Source of the DNA: Mytilus trossulus | Taxonomy: Eukaryota | DNA: 64,000 nt | Direction: 5' to 3' | Assembly: GCF_036588685.1 (NCBI RefSeq) | Contig: NW_026963309.1 | Span: 620,001-684,000, forward strand | Shown: in pieces, positions 50,879-61,350 of the stretch | How the letters are laid out: the number at the start of each line of letters is the position of its first letter | Numbering within the stretch: the first letter of the stretch is position 1 | The notes under the pieces: model-generated | The model's input: the letters and a program-made list of their open reading frames with translations, nothing else | What the model was told of the DNA's origin: nothing | Databases searched by the model: none | Position numbers and translations under genes: made by a program

Positions 50879-50922
50879 GCGTCACTGATGAGTCTTATGT
50901 AGACGAAACGCGCGTCTGGCGT
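50879..50922 (+). ncRNA. Minimal type I hammerhead ribozyme
   Basis: GCGTCA (stem I) CTGATGA GTCT-TATGT-AGAC (stem II) GAAA C-GCGC-G TC^ TGGCGT (stem I). All core nucleotides present; predicted cleavage after 50916. Confidence 0.85.
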
Positions 50923-52608
50923 ATAAAACTATAATCCTGGTACTTTTGATAACTATATAATAAAATATCACTATGTCTCTGGTATATCTTATGCAAACTT
51001 GATTATACAAGTTATCTTTGGTATCTTGAAGTTAGAATAAATAACGAAACTATTTGTCATTCTTTTTGATAATTACATTACCGTACTAGGGAGACTTGGA
51101 ATACACGTTTATCATCAAATATATTTTTTGTTCTTTTAAAAAACAAAATTATAAAAAAATAAATGAACTTTTTTTTCTCTATTTGCATAACATAAAACAA
51201 CATATACAATATAAAGGTTCTCTCTTTTCACATTAAAGCATGCATTACTAGTATAGCATACACTTTAAGTCATTTAAGAAGGCAAAACTACAAATTTGCA
51301 AAAGCTATGAAAACTCATTTTCAATATAAATCGAGGTATATTGTGCTGTTTATAAAACAAATTGTTAAAAAAATTAAATGCAAACGTCATCATTTTTTTT
51401 TCTCCTTTAAAATGTAAAGGGGGGGTTTAAAATTTTGTCAGCAACTTTACTAGAACTTTAAAATACAAATCTTAAAACTAACCAAACACAGAATATATCT
51501 TAAAACTATAAAAATAAAACATAATTTGGTAATCAAGTTTGAACCAGACCATCTTTTAAAATGCTTGAAAATCGTCAAATCATGATTATATTTTTTCCTA
51601 ATACAACTATAGTTAAAAACGATACACTAAAAAAGCATGTAACTCATAAGCTTGAACCATGCTGAATTGTTAAAAATCTTCAAGAATATATGATGTGCAA
51701 AATAAAATTTTAAATTTTCAAAATTATTAAAATAACCATAATACTGTTTTAGATTAAAAACTATCTAAAATCTATGAAAATCATCGAAATGGTATAAACT
51801 CGTTAAAATATTCAACTTTTATACGTAGATAAAGAAGTTAAATCAGAAGTTTTAAAATTCGCAATTGCAGCTAGCTTCAAAATTGTAAAAAGAACACTTG
51901 TAAAACTTGTGATAAAAGACCTAGTTATAAATATGAAGATTCAAAAGCACACATGGGGGTCATTTAAGGTACATGTATTACAATGCAGGGGCAACCAGAG
52001 GAACTCCTGTATTGTCAGTGTAAAAAGTGCGTAAAAATTACGAGCTTTGAAGACGAGTCTTGATCATTATAAAACTTGTTTTAAAAGTCGACAAAAAAAG
52101 TACAATTCTAAAATGTTATTATTTGCAAGTTTGTGAGATAAAAAAGAAATCGGTGAACTTGTTTTAAAATTCTATGATTATCTATAACAAAATAAATAAA
52201 ATTCAAATCTAATTAGATATACTGGGGTCCAAGCAGGGATATTTAAAAAATACATTTTTAAAATCTGTTTTTAAAACTCTAGGGTATCTCAAATAGCAAA
52301 CAACATCGATAAAAATTTAAAATTTAAAAAGCACCAATTTGACATTTAAAGAAAAATATAGAAATTTAAAATGTTATTAAACGTTTTCGATATTTAAAAT
52401 TGAATTAGACTCTCGCAATCTTGTTATCAAAACGCATTTAAAAGATTTAAAGAATATTTCACAAATTAAAAGTATTAACAAAAAGTTTAAAAAATATATC
52501 GTTTCATCTTGAATAAAATATTGTCTTCCATTCAAATTTGGCCATCTTTTCACGTCATATACTAAAGGCGATCTTCTTTCGTCAATAAGGCGATCTTCTT
52601 CCATCAAA

Positions 52609-53322
52609 TTAGGCTATCTTCTTTCTTCGTCTTCCACAGCTACTTCTTAGGGTGTAACATGTCTCCGTAGTGGACGACCCCTGGGCATCAGAGAACGGAC
52701 AATGGCGGAGTGTATGGGCGTTATCCCCTGTGGCTTTACACTTCGGGCAAACGTACTTGCGGAGTACTGGGCATATTACTTTTCCCCTATTGTCTTTCAA
52801 CACATGTGTAGTGTAATATTCTCTGGTTTCACCGTTCCGTTTACAAAGAATGCAGTATTTCTCTTCGGAAGCGGGTTTAGCTGGCATTATCTGGTATTGT
52901 AGCGGAGCTTGTAGCATATTATCAGAGCTACCGTTCAATTGTCTTAGAAAAGCTGATAAAAGGTAATCACTGGAATATCCTTCATCTGAAAAGCTGTTTT
53001 CTCCGGAAGATGCGGTCTCACCGGACGAAAGAGAGTCCGACCGACACAACTGATCCTGATCATTGTTATATATTTGTACAGCCATCATGTTGTCGTCTGT
53101 TGCGTCTGGCATATTTTCAAATACATCAAGGTCTTCATCCGAAAAAGAATCAGAAGTAAACGGCTCCGATGATAAAATATCTTCAATTGAGCTAATCGAG
53201 TTTGCCCAATAATCAACCTCTGTTTCAGATAACAATTCTGTAGTCTTCTCGACATGTTCTTCTCTTTCTTTAAATAAAAGAGAACTGAAATTCAAATAAT
53301 CTTTGAACGGACTGTAATCCAT
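52609..53322 (-). CDS. nanos: Nanos homologue (CCHC-CCHC RNA-binding zinc fingers)
   Basis: YCILCKRNGETREYYTTHVLKDNRGKVICPVLRKYVCPKCKATGDNAHTLRHCP is the zf-nanos signature. N-terminal YSPFKDYLNFSSLL resembles the NOT1-interacting motif. First ATG is at 53322 (the track start at 53349 is TTG). Confidence 0.96.
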   Translation of the reverse strand: MDYSPFKDYLNFSSLLFKEREEHVEKTTELLSETEVDYWANSISSIEDILSSEPFTSDSFSDEDLDVFENMPDATDDNMMAVQIYNNDQDQLCRSDSLSSGETASSGENSFSDEGYSSDYLLSAFLRQLNGSSDNMLQAPLQYQIMPAKPASEEKYCILCKRNGETREYYTTHVLKDNRGKVICPVLRKYVCPKCKATGDNAHTLRHCPFSDAQGSSTTETCYTLRSSCGRRRKKIA

Positions 53323-53408
53323 CTTGTCGAGTCTGCAAGTTTGTAACAAATGACGCTGGGTAAGATTTTTCGATGTCGGCGAGATGCTTTTTTCCCAGGC
53401 TCATTAAA

Positions 53409-53416
53409 ATTTGCAT
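53409..53416. promoter_or_regulatory. Octamer (POU) motif upstream of nanos; GC-box-like GGGGCGG at ~53550
   Basis: Exact ATTTGCAT about 90 bp upstream of the ATG; function is not shown. Confidence 0.3.
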
Positions 53417-53899
53417 AATAAAACTGCGTAGACATCAAACGGTTTATGGCTTTTGATCTTTTTGATTGACAGGAATATCGCACGGAACAGTGGTCAGTCT
53501 AATAGGTAAGGGAATGGGTTAGGAAGGGTTATACTTATTTTGTAGAATAGGGGCGGTGATCTGCGTTTCTGTTATAATGTTTCAGAATGGGAAAGTTTTA
53601 AAATTAAAAATTAAATTTTTAAAAAATGCTTAATTATTTTAGCAGTTTACAAAAATTAAAACCAACATTCAGCATCTTTTTTTTTTCGTAATGAAAGTAT
53701 CAAAATAGTTTGAAACTTTAAACATCGAAAGTTTTACCAGTAGAAACTAATTTAAAGAGATTTCGAGATTGTGTAAAAGTTTTGGAATTAAATTTGAAAT
53801 ATTTACAGTTATAATTGAAGTAGAGTTTTTCTTAGAAATCGAAATAAATGTAAATGTGTTCTAGTTGAAGTTCGAATGTTTGAGAAGCAGTTTAACTTC

Positions 53900-54283
53900 A
53901 ATAACATTAACGGTACCAATTTTTCGGCACCAGATGCGCATTTCGAAAATACATGTCTCTTCAGTGATGCTCGTGTTAAAAATATGTAAAATCCAAAGCT
54001 AATATAAAAGATGAAGAGCTATAATCCAAAAGTTCCAAGAAGTATAGCCAAATCCGTGAAAAGGAATCAGAGCTTTGCCTAAGGGAGATACATTCCTTAA
54101 TTTATATTTTTTATATCATTTTGTAACAGCAAATTTAATAACACAAAAAATCCGTATTTTCATGCCAGTACCGGAGTACTGGCTACTGGGCGGATGATAC
54201 CCTCGGGGAGTAACAGTCCACCAGCAGAGGCATTGACCCAGTGGTAGTAATAACATTAACGGTACCAATTTTTCTGTACCAGA
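53900..54283 (-). mobile_element. Non-LTR retrozyme-like element (349-nt monomer + terminal redundancy)
   Basis: Direct repeat AATAACATTAACGGTACCAATTTTTC..ACCAGA at 53900-53934 and 54249-54283; contains a hammerhead motif. Confidence 0.75.
53927..53970 (-). ncRNA. Minimal type I hammerhead ribozyme
   Basis: Minus strand GCATCA CTGAAGA GAC-ATGTATT-TTC GAAA T-GCGC-A TC^ TGGTGC. Core intact; one mismatch in stem II. Confidence 0.75.
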
Positions 54284-56268
54284 AACGTTTGAAACAATGT
54301 ATCAGAGAATTGATAAACAGTTTGCGATCGGGTTGGAGTTCTATTCTAAAACCGAGCTATGGTTACAGAATAGAGACTAGTTAAAAATCGAGAACAATAA
54401 ATAAAAATAAAAATAGTCAAAAATGCATATGGTTAAAAAAAAATGCAGAATAATTGGGTGGCGGTGCTTAGATATAAATAATAGATAAATTGGAGGGAAA
54501 AATTGAAGGACACAGAACAGTTCATACCATAACTTTTAGTTATAGTTGACAGTCGAGTTCACGAAAAAAAGAGAAGTACGTAGAAGATCATAGAACATAT
54601 CAAGTCATACAATGGTCCGGTAACACAGTTATCGTTCTTAGATTATAGGCCCTATAGTGATGGAGCAGTGTGTTACTTACCAATTTTTTGTATACCCCTT
54701 CCAAATTTATTTCTTCATGTTTTATGCTTCAAATATCAAGTTTGGGAATGAAATTGCACTGAAAAAAAATGGGTAAATGAATTTTTCAGTAAAGAAGTAA
54801 TTTGGTTCAACTGAAAAAGGTTAAAATTTAGCATTTCGGAAGCTGTCAAAAGATTTCAAGACCCCGTTTATGACATGTCCATATTTTGAGTTACAGCCGA
54901 TGAAGTTTTCTAAATTTTGATATAATTTGTCCCAAAAGTAGCACAACACTATAAAAGTAGACTCTGGTGTGACTTTTTTCATTTTAATTTATTGTCTAAA
55001 TGAAATGCACTTCGAAATAACTGTGTTGTCGGACCATACATTGAAATGGTCTACGGTATTTGATGTCTGGTGGACACATATATATAGGATGATGTGGTAT
55101 GAGTGCCAATGAGACAACTCTCCATCCAAGACTGAAGTCACAATATATTCAAGTAAACCTTTATAGGTCAAGGTACGGCCTTCAACACGGTGCATAGGTT
55201 CATACCTAACAGCAATCTATTATTAAAAGGGCCCCCAAAATTACTAGTGTAAAGCCTTTCAAACGGGAAAACCAACATGTTGTATAAACAATAAAACAAC
55301 ACCTTTTTATTTTTCGACTATCTGTGAAAAGATAAGTTTTGTTAAGCCTTTTAGTTTTGATGTGCATGTTTTTTCTTTATTTTGAAGAATAATAATATAT
55401 TCAAACATTACAATATAAGGAAGTCTGCTCCTCGCGTTTTTGAATTTTTGTCAGATGTGCGGAATCCTCTGGTTTTATCCATGTAGTGCCATTAAAATAA
55501 TGCCCACTTACCCCTACTTTTTTGTCCTTTATTTGATTAAACATTGTTTAAAATATCTTCTTTGAAAATCTTATTAATCCTTGTTATTTTTTCATTGTTA
55601 TTTGAAAGAAAAAAGGTGTCAATGATAAATATGTGAAAAGCCTAAAGAGAATTATTTCCCGCCATCAAAATATTATTGTCTTTTTAATAGCTCGTTTTTA
55701 AACAGAGTAGCGAACGTCCTTGACTTCAACGTTCGGGTTATGTTTTTTTCCTAAACTGACTTTTCTTCTTCCGCAAGACAACTTCTACAACCTGAATACT
55801 TTGGAAATGTTCATCTGAAATCATTTTGAAAATGTTGAAATATTTACCACTAAGCATTGGGCAAATATCAATCCATCATTCAATAAATGACAGTTACTTG
55901 TGGTCATCTGCATGTGGATAGATGTTACCGTGATGAGGAACATGAGAGTACTTAAGGAATGAGGTTTGGGGCGCTTTATTTTTAATCCAGTTTCCAGACC
56001 GACGTTTATGCAGTGTTGAATCCAGGGGGTTGGGACCCAAACATTTTTTGACGATCAATGAATTTGAATTGATTGGGACAAAAAGTTTGAACCACCACCC
56101 CCTTTATTATTGGTAAGGAAACCCCCTTTTATAAATAGCTGGATCCGCCCGTGCTTACTGGATGTGTAAACTCTTTGAACACTCATAAGCTGAATAAAGA
56201 TCAAAAGGATTGCTTCATTGGATGCAATGCATCTTCAAATATTCTAAAGATATAATGTATACTATAAT

Positions 56269-56600
56269 AAACAAGAATAAGTCCATAGTACTCGGATGCT
56301 CCACTCGCACTATCATTTTCTACGTTCAGTGGACCGTAAAATTGGGATAAAAACTGTAATTTGGCAATTTAGAAAGATCATATCATAGGGAACATGTATA
56401 CTAAGTTTCAAGTTGATTGAACCAACTTCTTCAAAAACTACCTTGACCAAAAACTTAACCCGAAGCAGAACAGGCGGGCGAACGGATTGTACAACATACG
56501 AACGGACAAACTGACGTGCGGACGAACGAGTAGACGAACTGGCCAACAGACCAGTCAGAAAACAAAATGCCCCTCTACTATCGTTGGTGGGGGATAAAAA
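56269..56600 (+). mobile_element. Short Helentron-associated element
   Basis: AAACAAGAAT start, GGAC/GAAC microsatellite, 3' hairpin ATGCCCCTCTAC...GGTGGGGGAT. Confidence 0.55.
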
Positions 56601-57094
56601 TACCTGAAAAATCCTTCTTACTCTATGTCAGGATCTTACAATGATATTACATGTATTAGACGAGTTATGTCCAAAAAATGTATATTGATATTGAATAGAA
56701 ATTACATTTCTCTACTGAAAGGGAGATAACAATGGGATTTGTTAGCGTACCATTATGAACAAATACCTAAGAACATGGGCTTGATTTAATAATTACTTCA
56801 TATGGGGGGAAATCTCGTTCAAGCTACGTTTTTACTTACAAGTAGGACATACCCCAAGAATTATATGTAAACATTTGTGATTTGATTTGATTTTGACCCT
56901 CGCTTTTGATTCATGGAATTAGAGCCTGAATATGTGAAGATGTGTTCTTCAATATCATGAATATAGTCAAGTATAATTTAAAGTGAGTCTCAATCTCTGC
57001 AGAAAGAACTATACTTACTGTCGTCTCGCTTAATAATTAGGGAATAACAAGGGTGCTCATTTCCCAAAAACTTCTTTTTCCCCACTTTTTCTCT

Positions 57095-57410
57095 ATCCGT
57101 TTTCCCCTGTACCCCACACCGCTACTTGTTTTATCCGTTTCCCCCTGTACTCAACATCGCTACTTCTTTTATCCGTTTCCCCCTGTACCCCACATCGCTA
57201 CTTGTTTTAACCGTTTCCCCCTGTACCCCTCATTGCTACTTGTTTTATCCGTTTCCCCCTGTACCCCACATCGCTACTTGTTTTAACCGTTTCCCCCTGT
57301 ACCCCTCATCGCTACTTGTTTTAACTGTTTCCCCCTGTACCCCTCATCGCTACTTGTTTTATCCGTTTCCCCCTGTACCCCACATCGCTACTTATTTTAT
57401 CCGTTTTACC
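57095..57410. repeat. 38-bp minisatellite, ~8.3 copies
   Basis: Unit ATCCGTTTCCCCCTGTACCCCACATCGCTACTTGTTTT. Confidence 0.92.
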
Positions 57411-57511
57411 CTTCTTCATCCCACATTCCAAAAAACGTGTCAACCCCTTCTAAAATTAATGAGTCAAACTAAAAATTGAATTTGTACTAAAACTAAACTA
57501 AAATGTTTTTC

Positions 57512-58140
57512 TCTGGCTGTTTATGACGTCTTTACACTAAATCCATTGTATGTTGGATGTGTACGGATTGATTGCTTAGTCTTATAATTAGAGGCATGAT
57601 TTTTTATTAGTTGTTAATGGCTTTGAACTAGCTGTCAGATAAATGCGAGTACTCTCAGATATGTTCATTGTGTCTTTTTGTGTCGGGATGTATAAGTACC
57701 CGGCCACGTCCACTTTAATTTTTTGTCTATCTGATGAGTTAAGCTTTTTTCAACTGATTTTTATAGTTCGTTTTTATGTTGTACTGTTAAACCACTGTCC
57801 CAGGTTAGGGGGAGGGTTGGGATCCCGCTAACATGTTTAACCCCGCCACATTATTTATGTATGTGCCTGTCCCAAGTCAGGAGCCTGTAATTCAGTGGAT
57901 GTTGTTTGTTTATGTGAACCATATTTTTTTTTTCGTTCATTTTTTTTACATAAATAAGGCCGTTAGTTTTCTCGCTTGAATTGTTTTACATTGTCTTATC
58001 GGGGCCTTTTATAGCTGACTATATGCGGTATGGGCTTTGCTCATTGTTGAAGGCCGTACGGTGACCTATAATTGTTAATGTTTGTGTCATTTTGGTCTTT
58101 TGTGGATAGTTGTCTCATTGGCAATCATACCACATCTACT
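57512..58140 (+). mobile_element. Non-coding repeat homologous to the PLE 3' region (shorter relatives at ~48410, ~48860, ~55085-55275 minus)
   Basis: Shares AACTAGCTGTCAG..TGCGAGTACTCTC, CCTGTCC(C/T)AAGTCAGGA, GAAGGCCGTAC and GTTGTCTCATTGGCA..CACATCT blocks in the same order as 22015-24215. Confidence 0.7.
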
Positions 58141-58297
58141 TTTTTTTTTTATATTGAACTAAAAGCTTCAATTAGTCTGCTCTCTTTACGGGGTGTTTAT
58201 TTCCAAAATCCCTCTATTTTGTATTTGTTTTTGCATTTTCCACTTTCTTATTCTTCTTTTTCCCAGACTTAAAACTCCACATCGCCACTTTTTTACA

Positions 58298-58329
<32 letters not shown>

Positions 58330-58598
58330 AACAACCAAAAAACCAAAAAAAATCCCCCACCACAACCACCACCACGTACCACCTTTTTATATCATATATT
58401 ATAACCCAAAAGCGTATATCACCCCCTCTTAATATTTGAATATCATGAATATAACTTATAAGTCAATCTGTATAAGAACTACGTTATGTCGTCTCGCTCT
58501 ATTAATGTTTACATTATATATAAATTACTGTACTTCCTGGATCCGGAATCAATTTTTCGTCTTCGGATTTCCAATGTCAATTTCTGTAAACAAACGAT

Positions 58599-58614
58599 GG
58601 AAAATTTCCCGTAA
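58599..58614. promoter_or_regulatory. Overlapping NF-kB/Rel-like (GGAAAATTTCCC) and STAT-like (TTCCCGTAA) motifs
   Basis: Consensus matches about 100 bp upstream of the ATG at 58711; function is not shown. Confidence 0.35.
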
Positions 58615-58710
58615 GCTAGTTCATTTAGTAGGATCTTCCGCAATTCTTGTTAAGAGATATGCGAGAAAGGCATAATTCGACCAGATAGTGAAAAAAGGTG
58701 TGGAATCATA

Positions 58711-59460
58711 ATGAAACAATTGTATCAGATATTATTCGGGTTTTTTATTTGTGTCTGCGTATATTTGATGTACGTGAACGTATACCCGGATGTGAAAAGA
58801 CACAAGACCGTAAAAATAGACAAGATAGATGAATTAGGGAATTACGTGCCGTTTCTCGCTTATTCGATCATATCTATGTGCGATACAACACCGAAACTAA
58901 TAGAATTGTATAAAGTATTCAATTCATCATCTATTTCAAAGTACTATAAACCACTAAACTATACCACGTATCATATGACAATCTATAATTTGTGGAATCA
59001 GAGAGAGAAATTATATCCATACCAGGTCGACCAGAGCGGGCGAGCACCAAAAAGCCGAGATTCAAGCACATTGAATCGTGTTATGAAACCTGCTCTCTTC
59101 AAGATGGCAAACAAAATCAAAGAATTTAAAGATCTGAACGAAATACATGTTTCTTTTTCAAAAATTAAAAGAACTTCTACGGGAATTGTTATGGATGTTC
59201 AATTAATGTCTTCAGTACAAATAGGTCAAATAAAAAGTCTTAGATCGTGGTGTGTAGATAACTTTTATAATAGTGATGCAAAATTGAAATTCCACATTTC
59301 TTTTGGATACTTGTACAAAAAAGTTGAAGAAGACCTCACTCAACCAATATATAAACTTGAAGAATGGATAAAAGAAAACATTCCAGTAATAGTGGTCAGG
59401 CGACCTTCACCAACTATTTTTCTGTCTATGGAGAACTTCCACTCGGCAATCCTCGGGTAA
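58711..59460 (+). CDS. 2H phosphoesterase (DUF1868-like) with N-terminal hydrophobic helix
   Basis: 249-aa intact ORF in AT-rich DNA; two Hx(T/S) motifs YHMTI (H88) and FHISFGY (H195). KIDELGNYVPFLAYSIIS resembles the DUF1868 N-terminus as I recall it. Residues ~4-24 are hydrophobic. Confidence 0.8.
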   Translation: MKQLYQILFGFFICVCVYLMYVNVYPDVKRHKTVKIDKIDELGNYVPFLAYSIISMCDTTPKLIELYKVFNSSSISKYYKPLNYTTYHMTIYNLWNQREKLYPYQVDQSGRAPKSRDSSTLNRVMKPALFKMANKIKEFKDLNEIHVSFSKIKRTSTGIVMDVQLMSSVQIGQIKSLRSWCVDNFYNSDAKLKFHISFGYLYKKVEEDLTQPIYKLEEWIKENIPVIVVRRPSPTIFLSMENFHSAILG

Positions 59461-59588
59461 TTCCGCTACTCATCAGACGGAGGAACAGAATTGGACGAGT
59501 TTGGACGAGTGATCGAGGACACTTCGTTACGTTTGCATAATCTAATGATCATTTAAAATAGAGGACAGGGGATCCATTAATTAATGTG

Positions 59589-60741
59589 TATATATATATA
59601 TATATTGCGAAAGCAAATTTACAGATTTAACATTGTTGGGTTGATGTTTAGACGAGTTGTATATATATATATATATATATTCATAAGTACGTCTGAGTCA
59701 GTGACAACCCTACAACAGATGTATCCATCGGATCGCCATCAATGATGGTGATACATGGCTGTGTACATAATGTATATACAACTCGTCTAAACATCAACCC
59801 AACAATGTTAGATCTGTAAATTTGCTTTCGCAAATTTTTGGTTCTTCCCTCGCCGGGATTCGAACCCATGCTACTGTGATATCGTGACACCAAATCGCCT
59901 GCACTGCAGCCGTCCCGCTAGACCACACGACCACCTGGGCTCTCAAAAAAAGAGCTTTCGGTGGCCATATGTTACCTTTCCACGTCAGTTTTAATCTAGC
60001 GGCGTACTACAGTACATGATATATAAAGCATGAAGATGTTATTGTTACAGATCAGCTAAATTATCTATAGTAAAGGATCCTACAAATTAATGTAAGATAC
60101 AGTCACAGAAAATAATTATATTCATAAGTACGTCTGAGTCAGTGACAACCCTACAACAGATGTATCCATCGGATCGCCATCAATGATGGTGATACATGGC
60201 TGTGTACATAATGTATATACAACTCGTCTAAACATCAACCCAACAATGTTAGATCTGTAAATTTGCTTTCGCAAATTTTTGGTTCTTCCCTCGCCGGGAT
60301 TCGAACCCATGCTACTGTGATATCGTGACACCAAAACATCTGTTGTAGGGTTGTCACTGACTCAGACGTACTTATGAATATAATTATTTTCTGTGACTGT
60401 ATCTTACATTAATTTGTAGGATCCTTTACTATAGATAATTTAGCTGATCTGTAACAATAACATCTTCATGCCTTATATATCATGTACTGTAGTACGCCGC
60501 TAGATTAAAACTGACGTGGAAAGGTAACATATGGCCACCGAAAGCTCTTTTTTTGAGAGCCCAGGTGGTCGTGTGGTCTAGCGGGACGGCTGCAGTGCAG
60601 GCGATTTGGTGTCACGATATCACAGTAGCATGGGTTCGAATCCCGGCGAGGGAAGAACCAAAAATTTGCGAAAGCAAATTTACAGATCTAACATTGTTGG
60701 GTTGATGTTTAGACGAGTTGTATATATATATATATATATAT
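59589..60741. mobile_element. tRNA-headed 441-bp repeat in tandem and inverted arrangement within (TA)n
   Basis: A-box-like TGGTCGTGTGG (60566) and B-box GGTTCGAATCC (60633). 59681 and 60122 are direct repeats; 60336-60720 is the inverse of part of the left array. Confidence 0.75.
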
Positions 60742-61350
60742 AGAGTTACTAAGTTATTGTCTTTATTTGTTTTTGTCAGTGTTGTTATATGTCACAAACT
60801 GTAAAGTTTATATGACAATAAAACTTTATTTTGATTTAATAATAGGTATTGCAGCGCATCGAGGAAATGCTACATTAGATATTCGAATTCAGAGTCTTTA
60901 AAGTTTAAACTAAGGCACTGGGCTTTTATTTTTGTTTTGTTCAAGAAAGGATGTGGGATTTTTTTCAGAAAAGAATCCATCATCAATGAAAAACATGTTT
61001 TTAACATTTACATAAAAATATTATAAAGTAAGTATCAGGTAGATATGAAAAAACGATACGCATCTGACCCTTGTCTTTGTGAAAAGGTGGGATTTCATTT
61101 TAGTCTGAGTATATAGAACCAATTAAACACATATAATTATATATCGCGGTCAGTTGTTATCAAAATTTATAGTAAGTAATAATTCCCTAGGTATAAGAGT
61201 ACTAGGTGTATTTACATGAACATACAAAGACTAGCTGACTTTGCGGTATACTTAGCCTTAGCCTTTATTAACCTTTGAGAAATTAATCATACCACATCTT
61301 CTTATTTTTATATCGTCCTGACCATATGTTTATTGTATGTTCTTATGTTA

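Noticed and set aside
52377-52607. 76-aa ORF right after the nanos stop
   Set aside because: TTG start, different frame, AT-rich composition; most likely 3' UTR.
53323-53349. N-terminal extension of nanos in the ORF track
   Set aside because: Starts at TTG; the first ATG at 53322 directly precedes the conserved N-terminal motif.
57729-57760. CTGATGAG as a hammerhead core or SECIS
   Set aside because: No downstream GAAA/stem III, and the helix is too short for a SECIS.
59681-60334. Two identical 70-aa ORFs
   Set aside because: By-products of the 441-bp tandem repeat; non-ATG starts, no domain.
60559-60653. Possible tRNA gene
   Set aside because: A and B boxes are present but there is no convincing acceptor or anticodon stem; treated as a tRNA-derived repeat head.
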